Source of the DNA: Microgenomates group bacterium
Lineage (GTDB): Bacteria > Patescibacteriota > Microgenomatia > PFEM01 > JBNASD01
Assembly: GCA_049720225.1 (NCBI GenBank)
Contig: JBNASD010000001.1
Coordinates: 100,733-164,732, forward strand
Reading direction: 5' to 3'
Length of the DNA stretch: 64,000 bases
The notes under the pieces are model-generated. The model saw only the letters and a list, made by a program, of their open reading frames with translations, did not search any database and was not told where the DNA came from. Of the stretch, positions 57,716-64,000 are shown piece after piece. Each line of letters starts with the position of its first letter. The stretch's first letter is position 1. The position numbers and the translations under genes were made by a program.

Positions 57716-58825
57716 TTATTTCCAAAAATAAATAAACTCATAAATTACTCCAAAAATAAAAACTAAAGAAAGAAGATAAACTAAATTTTTCTTTGCGGGA
57801 TTAATTTTTTTATACATTAATAAAATTAAAACCCCATCAATTCCCAAAAAAACCGCCCCTAAAAAGGAAATTAAAGAAATAAAGTTTTTAATTCCTATAA
57901 AATAAAAAAAATAGGGAACAAAACAGGTAATTAACCAAGAGACAAAAGAAGGAATTTTTAAATCATAACTAAAAACTCTTTTTAATGTTAATCCCAAGGA
58001 AATAAAAGAAGTAAAGGTAGTCACTAATCCAAAAATTAAAGTTAAAGTGACCACCCCATCTCCTAAATAATTTTTAAGTCCTGGTAAAGCGGAAGGAGTA
58101 GTTTCTTTTCCGGTAATTCCCAAAATAGTAATCACAAAAAAAAGATAAATAATTAAAGGAATCAATAAAGAAATAAAAATCACTTTATTTAAAAGTTTTT
58201 TCTCCTCTTTTAACATTTCTTCAATTTCTGGAACCAATGCCGCTCCCCATAAAGAAAAAAGAATTAATCCGTAAGGAAGAAAAATTTGGGAAAAATCAGG
58301 CGAAGGGAAAAGATTTACTAATTTAAAATAAGGCAACCCTTTAATAAAAATTGCTAATAAAATTAATAAAAACAAAATTAATCCCACTAATTCAATTTGA
58401 GCAATTAACCGAACCCCAATTAAAATCACCAACGCTCCTAATAAAAAATATAACGTGCCATATTTTAATTCCCCTCCTCCAAAAATGGGCTGACAAATTT
58501 CCGTTAAAAATTCTCCTCCAATGATTAAATAAGCCAAAATTGCTCCCAATAAACCACCGATAGTCGTAATATAAGCTAATCTTTGCCATTTTTTTCCCAA
58601 ATGAAAGGCCACAAAACCAGGAAATCGTTTATAATCAGGCGTTTTTTTGGCAATTTCCCCATAAAAAAGATGAATAGTAATAGCCAATGCTCCTAAAACC
58701 AAAAACCAACCAATTAAAATTGGTAAACCTACTTTTGCCCCCGCATAAGGTAAAGAAAAAAGACCAACACCAATAATTGTTCCTGCTAAAGTGGTAATGG
58801 GATAAATTAAACTCTTTTTCATCAT
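57716..58825 (-). CDS. Amino-acid permease-like membrane transporter (aromatic amino acid/Trp-Tyr permease-like)
   Basis: Has 11 predicted TM helices and 'LAGTIIGVGLFSLPYA' at the N-terminus, typical of HAAAP/APC-type permeases. Confidence 0.45.
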   Translation of the reverse strand: MMKKSLIYPITTLAGTIIGVGLFSLPYAGAKVGLPILIGWFLVLGALAITIHLFYGEIAKKTPDYKRFPGFVAFHLGKKWQRLAYITTIGGLLGAILAYLIIGGEFLTEICQPIFGGGELKYGTLYFLLGALVILIGVRLIAQIELVGLILFLLILLAIFIKGLPYFKLVNLFPSPDFSQIFLPYGLILFSLWGAALVPEIEEMLKEEKKLLNKVIFISLLIPLIIYLFFVITILGITGKETTPSALPGLKNYLGDGVVTLTLIFGLVTTFTSFISLGLTLKRVFSYDLKIPSFVSWLITCFVPYFFYFIGIKNFISLISFLGAVFLGIDGVLILLMYKKINPAKKNLVYLLSLVFIFGVIYEFIYFWK

Positions 58826-58828
58826 TTT

Positions 58829-59971
58829 TTATTTTAACACAATTATTTCTGCCTCTTTACAAGCCTTTTTAATAAATTCTTTTTGGGGAACTTTTTCTTC
58901 TTCGCTTTTAATTTTTTCCCAATTAGCTTTAGTGGCCGGATGACGAGGAATAAATAAACTACAACAATCTTCTTGTGGTTCGATAGAAATATTATAAGTT
59001 TTTATTTTTTTAGCTAAATTAACAATTTCCTCTTTATCCCAACCAATTAACGGCCGAAAAACAGGAATTTTTATCCCTTGGCTAATTACCGCTAAATTAT
59101 CGAGGGTTTGCGAGGCAACTTGACCTAAACTTTCACCAGTTACCAAAGCTTTTATTCCTTCATTTTTAGCGACTTCTTGAGCAATTTTAAACATCAATCG
59201 GCGATAGAAAATCACCAAATATTTATTTTCAATATGAGTTTTTAACCAGCTTTGTATTTCCCCAAAAGGAATAAAATAAATTTTGGTTTTTCCTTGATAC
59301 TTATTTAGAACTCTTGCCAGCTGTAAGGTTTTTTCATAACTTTTTTTAGAAACTAAGGGGAAACTATGAAAATGAAGAAAAACCACCCGACAACCTCTTT
59401 TCATCATTAGCCAAGAGGCGACCGGTGAATCAATTCCTCCAGAAATTAAAGACAAAACCCTTCCGCTACTTCCTACCGGCAAACCACCGTTTCCTTTAAA
59501 TACTTGGTCAAAAATATAAGTTTTTCCTTCTCGTAATTCCAAAAAAATTTCTTTATCCGGTGAAGTTAAATTTACTTTTCTTTTAATTCCCTCTCCCACT
59601 ATTTCGGCAATTTTAAAAGAGGAGTATTTTTCTGGTTTAGCTACCCTTACTCTTAAAGCAAAACTTTCTTCTTTTTTAATTTTCTCCCCAAACTCCTTAC
59701 TTACAAATTTTTTGATCTCTTCTGGATTAGTGGTTGGCAAAACTACTGCCGGTGACCAAGAATAAATTCCAAATACATATTTTAATTTTTTTCCTAAATT
59801 TTCCGGTTTTTCCGTAAAAATAAAAATTCTCCCCCGGCTTTTTTCTAACCGATAATCTTTTCCTTTTAAAATACGTTTAATGTTTTTCACCAACAAACCT
59901 TCCAATCTTTTTAAAACCGGGGGGGATTTTAGAAAGATTTCACTGTAACGGATAATAATTAATTTATTCAT
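58829..59971 (-). CDS. thiI: tRNA 4-thiouridine synthase ThiI (THUMP + PP-loop)
   Basis: Has the PP-loop 'LISGGIDSPVASW' and an N-terminal THUMP-like region. Confidence 0.85.
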   Translation of the reverse strand: MNKLIIIRYSEIFLKSPPVLKRLEGLLVKNIKRILKGKDYRLEKSRGRIFIFTEKPENLGKKLKYVFGIYSWSPAVVLPTTNPEEIKKFVSKEFGEKIKKEESFALRVRVAKPEKYSSFKIAEIVGEGIKRKVNLTSPDKEIFLELREGKTYIFDQVFKGNGGLPVGSSGRVLSLISGGIDSPVASWLMMKRGCRVVFLHFHSFPLVSKKSYEKTLQLARVLNKYQGKTKIYFIPFGEIQSWLKTHIENKYLVIFYRRLMFKIAQEVAKNEGIKALVTGESLGQVASQTLDNLAVISQGIKIPVFRPLIGWDKEEIVNLAKKIKTYNISIEPQEDCCSLFIPRHPATKANWEKIKSEEEKVPQKEFIKKACKEAEIIVLK

Positions 59972-60174
59972 CTTTTTTTTACTACGTCAGGAAAACATCC
60001 GAGAAGTTGAATTTTTTGCTCTCCAGATTGAACTAAACTTAATATACCTTCATTAGTCTCAAATTCTTCAACTCTTACGACTGCTGGTCCAACAACTTTT
60101 CCTCCTTCTCCTTCTACATACTCACCTTCTGACAACGCCCACATATTTGTTCCTGGAATTTGTTCTGGTGACAT
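59968..60174 (-). CDS. Small hypothetical protein (68 aa), GC-rich, translationally coupled to thiI (ATGA overlap)
   Basis: ORF with Gly/Glu/Val-rich composition and a 4-nt overlap with the thiI start. Confidence 0.35.
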   Translation of the reverse strand: MSPEQIPGTNMWALSEGEYVEGEGGKVVGPAVVRVEEFETNEGILSLVQSGEQKIQLLGCFPDVVKKR

Positions 60175-60175
60175 T

Positions 60176-61285
60176 TTATTCTCCTCCTGGTTCTAATTTT
60201 AAACTTTTTATTTCTGGTAAAGTTTTTCCTATAATTCCTTGTAAATCCCCATATATTCCCGCCCAATTATCCAAAAATTTTCTTAATTGTTTTTCTTCTC
60301 TTGCCCATTTTGCTTGAAACCACCGCCGTTCCCTCTCTATTTCCTCCTGTAAACTAGAAAAACTCTCAATAATTGCTTCAATTCTTCCTCGAAATTCAGA
60401 ACTATTAATATAGCGATACAAAATTTCCGCTTTCTTTTCTCTTCCAATATTCATTAATCTTTCATTATTAATTCTTACCAAATCAAATCTTAATGCCCAA
60501 CCTAAAGGAATTACCATTTGCCGGTTAGTCACCCAAACTCCATCTTTGTATTGAAAACCATTATTTAACCATTCTGGGGGTCGAGCAACCACTAATACTG
60601 CTAATTCTGCTTTAATTCTTCTTTGGTCATCTTTTAACTTTTCAATCCAACCTTCTGACCAAACTGCATTTTTTGATTCCCAAAGAATAATCCCGCAATC
60701 CCTTCCCTTTTTATCTTTTACTTTTTGAATGACATCCGCTCCTCGTTGCCCTTTCTTAACTTCCTCAATTTCATCAATCGGAAATTCTTTTCTTAAAATT
60801 TCTTCTAATAAAAGCTCCATCGCCTCTCCTTGAAGTTGTTGAGAAGTTTTTTCCATTTTTGCCTTTAATTCTGCCAATTCTCTTTGCGCTTGTTTAAGCA
60901 TTTCCTCCTTTTCTTTGGCTTGTAATTCATATTCCGCCAAAACTTTTCTTCTTGTTTCCTCTTTAATTTTCTCTTCTTCCTCTAAAAGCTTTTTTCTCAA
61001 TTCCCATTCTTTTTCTTCTGATTTTCTTCTTAACTCTCTTACTTGCTCGCTTAATTCTTCCAATTGCTGAAGAAGTTTTCTGTTTCTTTCTTTTTCTTCT
61101 TCTGCTTCTTTTCTAAATTGCTCAACTAACCTTTGATATTCTTCTTTAATTTTTTCTTCCGCCCTTTTTCTTTCTTCTTCTTTAACCTCTTTTAAAATCT
61201 GCTCTTTTAATTGGTCCAAAAAAGCAGTTCCCGGATCAAAATATTCTCCACATTTTGGACAACGAATTTTCAGTTGATTATTCAT
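60176..61285 (-). CDS. Zinc-ribbon + long coiled-coil protein with a C-terminal PD-(D/E)xK-like region (DUF2130-like)
   Basis: Has the N-terminal 'IRCPKCGEYF', about 150 aa of Glu/Lys/Arg heptad-rich coiled coil, and the C-terminal 'GADVIQ...GIILWESK'. Confidence 0.4.
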   Translation of the reverse strand: MNNQLKIRCPKCGEYFDPGTAFLDQLKEQILKEVKEEERKRAEEKIKEEYQRLVEQFRKEAEEEKERNRKLLQQLEELSEQVRELRRKSEEKEWELRKKLLEEEEKIKEETRRKVLAEYELQAKEKEEMLKQAQRELAELKAKMEKTSQQLQGEAMELLLEEILRKEFPIDEIEEVKKGQRGADVIQKVKDKKGRDCGIILWESKNAVWSEGWIEKLKDDQRRIKAELAVLVVARPPEWLNNGFQYKDGVWVTNRQMVIPLGWALRFDLVRINNERLMNIGREKKAEILYRYINSSEFRGRIEAIIESFSSLQEEIERERRWFQAKWAREEKQLRKFLDNWAGIYGDLQGIIGKTLPEIKSLKLEPGGE

Positions 61286-61328
61286 CTTTAAAAAAATTTA
61301 ACAATTTAAAAAGAGTGATAATATTTTA

Positions 61329-63305
61329 TCACACCATAAATATTTTTATTATTTCTTCAGCAAATTTTTTCCATAAAAAATTTTTTACTTGTTGTTTTCC
61401 TTCAATAATAAGCTTTTGCCGAAATTTATTATCAAAAAAAACTTTTATCATCGCATTACTAATTTCTTTTTCATTTAAAGGATTAACTAAAATTCCCGCT
61501 TTTCCTACTATCTCTGGTTGACTTCCTGTATTTCCGGCAATTACCGGACACCCACAAGCCATTGCTTCAAGTAAGGTTAACCCAAATCCTTCATATAAAG
61601 AAGGAGAAACAAAAGCTAATGCCTCCTGATAAAGTTTAATTAATTTTTCTTTGGGAATATAGCCTAAAAATTTAACCTTTTTTTCTAAATTTAATTTTTT
61701 AATTGTCGGCTTAATTTCTTCATCTAACCACAAATCGCCTCCTACGAATAAAAAAGGAATATCTTTTCCTGTTTCTTTTAAAAACAAACTATAAGCTTTT
61801 AAAATTCGGGGGATATTTTTAATCGGTTTTAAAGCCCCAACAAAAAGAAAATAATTACCAAAAGATTTCTTTTTTGCTGGTTTAAATGATAAATCTACTC
61901 CTTCATAAACCACTTCAATTTTTTCTTCTGGGACTTTATAAAATTTAATTAAATCGTTTTTAGTCGCTTTAGAAACCGCAATAATTTTTTTTGCCTTTTT
62001 AACTGCTTCCTGGGTAATTCGTCTTAATTGAAAATAAGATTTTGGGTAACAGGCCGGATAATGTTCAAATGATAAATCATGAACTAAAACAAAACCAGGA
62101 CAAGGAAGAAATTTTGGCAAAGATTGACTTAAGCCTAAAAATAAATCTGGTTTATCTTTTAGTAATTTTAAAGGTAACCATAACCAATTCCAGCCCTTTT
62201 TTGGTTTAATGACAATATTTTTAAAATTCGAACCAAACTCTTTTAATATCTTTTTTTCAATCGGCAAAAAACTGTAAATTAAAAATTCTGTATTTTTTAA
62301 ATCTTCTAATTTTCCCCATTCTTTTAACAAATGATAAGCAACCTGATAAACTCCCACTTTAAGTCTTTCATCCTTTACCCCCAAACATCCACCATCAATT
62401 CCAATTCGTTTAATTTTCTTAACTAGTTTTCTTTTATTTATTAGTCCAATTTTTATTCCTTTTTTTATTCCTAAAAATGGCGTAATTATCGATTGCCAAC
62501 TCCTTTCTTTTCCCAACATACATCTTAAAAACCACTGCCATCTTATCAACCAAAAAATCGACCACCAATACCAACGAATATACTTCATTGCAAAATATGC
62601 CTCGCTTTTAAAAAATCCAAAATACCATTTTAACCTCCCTTCCGTCTTTCGAAACCCCCCACTTTCTGCTCGCAAATGAATCAATTGGGCTTTTGGTTCA
62701 AAAATAATTTTGTAACCTGCCTTAATGGTTCTTAAAGCTAAATCGGAATCTTCTCTAATTGGCCCACTAAAATTCTTGTCAAATCCGCCAATTTTTTCAA
62801 AAACCTCTCTTCGCCAGGAAGCGTTACAAGTAATGGCGTCAAAAACTTCCTGTTTAATTTTAGATGACCAACCCCCGGTAAAACTTCCCCAAGGAGTAAT
62901 TCGACCTACATTTTTTCTTTGTGGTTCTTCTTTTTGTCCTAGAGTAACTATTCTTCCCACCACCGCCCCTACTTTTTTATCTTGATAATTTTTTAAATGA
63001 TTAATAATTAAATCTTTATCCGCCTCTATGTCATCATCAACAAAAAGAAAAATTTTTCCTTTCGCTTTTCTCGCACCAAAATTGCGCGCCGCCGCCGCAT
63101 TAGGAGGAAGACCAGAAAAATAACAAATTTTTGAAGAATATTTTTTTAAAAACTTTTCTTTCTTGGGAAATTTTTTATCAGACTGATCAACTACAATAAT
63201 CTCAAAATTATCATAGCTTTGTTTAAATAAACTTTTTAAGGTTATCCTTAATGGCTCATCGCGATTATAAGTAGGAATAATTACTGAAACCATTATTTTT
63301 TTCAT
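61329..63305 (-). CDS. Bifunctional glycosyltransferase: N-terminal GT2 (GT-A) fused to C-terminal GT4 (GT-B)
   Basis: N-terminus 'VSVIIPTYNRDEPLRITLKSL...IIVVDQSD'. The C-terminus 'YEGFGLTLLEAMACGCPVIA' is the GT4 motif. Confidence 0.75.
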   Translation of the reverse strand: MKKIMVSVIIPTYNRDEPLRITLKSLFKQSYDNFEIIVVDQSDKKFPKKEKFLKKYSSKICYFSGLPPNAAAARNFGARKAKGKIFLFVDDDIEADKDLIINHLKNYQDKKVGAVVGRIVTLGQKEEPQRKNVGRITPWGSFTGGWSSKIKQEVFDAITCNASWRREVFEKIGGFDKNFSGPIREDSDLALRTIKAGYKIIFEPKAQLIHLRAESGGFRKTEGRLKWYFGFFKSEAYFAMKYIRWYWWSIFWLIRWQWFLRCMLGKERSWQSIITPFLGIKKGIKIGLINKRKLVKKIKRIGIDGGCLGVKDERLKVGVYQVAYHLLKEWGKLEDLKNTEFLIYSFLPIEKKILKEFGSNFKNIVIKPKKGWNWLWLPLKLLKDKPDLFLGLSQSLPKFLPCPGFVLVHDLSFEHYPACYPKSYFQLRRITQEAVKKAKKIIAVSKATKNDLIKFYKVPEEKIEVVYEGVDLSFKPAKKKSFGNYFLFVGALKPIKNIPRILKAYSLFLKETGKDIPFLFVGGDLWLDEEIKPTIKKLNLEKKVKFLGYIPKEKLIKLYQEALAFVSPSLYEGFGLTLLEAMACGCPVIAGNTGSQPEIVGKAGILVNPLNEKEISNAMIKVFFDNKFRQKLIIEGKQQVKNFLWKKFAEEIIKIFMV

Positions 63306-64000
63306 TCTTCTGCTACCTCTTTAAAAACTTGATACATCTGCTTTATCCACCTTTCTTCATTAAAATATTTTTTAACTCTTTCTTGAGCCGCTTTTCCCAT
63401 TGCTTTTCTTTTCTTTTCGTCTTTTAAAAGTCCAATAATTATGTTCGCTAATTCTTCTGGTGTTTCATCTTTAAATAAATATCCTGTCTTTCCATGAACC
63501 ACTAATTCCCTATTTCCTCCGATATCCCTTGCTACCACCGGAATTCCCATCGCCATTGCTTCAAGCAAAACCATAGAGATACCCCCTACTTTATTGGGAT
63601 AAAAAAGAATATCAAAAAATTTCAAAAATGGAAACGGATACTTTTGGTATCCTAATAAAATAAAAAATTCTTCTATCTTTTCTTTTCTAATTAAAATATT
63701 GAATTTATTAAATAATTCCCCTTCTCCGATCAGTAGAAATTTAATATTATTATATTTTTTAATTACTTCTTTAGATACATTTAAAAAGTCAATTATTCCC
63801 TTTCCAAAAGAAAAATCACCTAAATAACCAACTGTTAATTTATGATTGATAATTTTATTTAACCTACTTATTATATTTTGAATTTTTTTGCTTTTTAAAA
63901 CAATTTTTTTGATATCGTAATCAGAGATTTTTATTCCAGTGTGAACACAAATTAATTTTTCTTTTTTAATTTTATTTTTAATAGCATTCTGTTTAACATT
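63302..64000 (-). CDS. GT4 glycosyltransferase (N-terminus beyond the window end)
   Basis: The frame is open from 63625 up to at least 63787 with no stop (NIKFLLIGEGELFNKF...), so the 107-aa track ORF is only the C-terminal part. Contains 'LLEAMAMGIPVVA'. Confidence 0.6.
   Translation of the reverse strand, partial: NVKQNAIKNKIKKEKLICVHTGIKISDYDIKKIVLKSKKIQNIISRLNKIINHKLTVGYLGDFSFGKGIIDFLNVSKEVIKKYNNIKFLLIGEGELFNKFNILIRKEKIEEFFILLGYQKYPFPFLKFFDILFYPNKVGGISMVLLEAMAMGIPVVARDIGGNRELVVHGKTGYLFKDETPEELANIIIGLLKDEKKRKAMGKAAQERVKKYFNEERWIKQMYQVFKEVAEE

Overview
This is a 64 kb window of low-GC DNA (about 30-35% GC) that looks like a reduced-genome bacterium. The tiny gene set, gatCAB, many hypothetical or secreted proteins, and glycolytic fragments suggest Patescibacteria/CPR; that assignment is inference. 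The backbone is housekeeping. It holds 17 tRNA genes in four clusters and a ppsA-eno-gpmI block. It also carries lexA, rsmI, acs, ruvC, rplS, pyrG, dnaE, gatCAB, htpX-lemA, polX, thiI and a glycosyltransferase/O-antigen-ligase cluster.

Two accessory regions stand out.

1. At 48.8-56.3 kb a tightly packed minus-strand operon reads mod, then an OLD-family ABC-ATPase + Toprim nuclease, then res, then a small zinc-ribbon protein. It is a Type III-like R-M system with an OLD/PARIS-like ATPase-nuclease wedged between mod and res, and that nuclease gene is split by a frameshift exactly at a 9-nt homopolymer. Further nuclease-like genes lie nearby: a staphylococcal-nuclease-like gene and a zinc-ribbon/coiled-coil/PD-(D/E)xK-like protein.

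2. Between 22.5 and 29.0 kb, interleaved with ruvC, tRNA-Lys/Glu, rplS and pyrG, lies a patchwork of compositionally distinct small genes at roughly 45-50% GC. They include membrane, DnaJ-like zinc-finger and Cys-rich proteins, each with a strong AGGAGG ribosome-binding site. Here a 55-nt promoter module (TTGCAA-17-TATAAT) is duplicated, and each copy is fused to a nested-hairpin structured element whose stems covary around a conserved AUAGC loop. A tRNA-Lys fragment and a duplicated tRNA leader also sit here, as does a family of long nested-hairpin terminators. I could not recognise the function of this module family or of the small GC-rich gene set; together with the split OLD-like gene inside the R-M operon they are the candidates for something undescribed.
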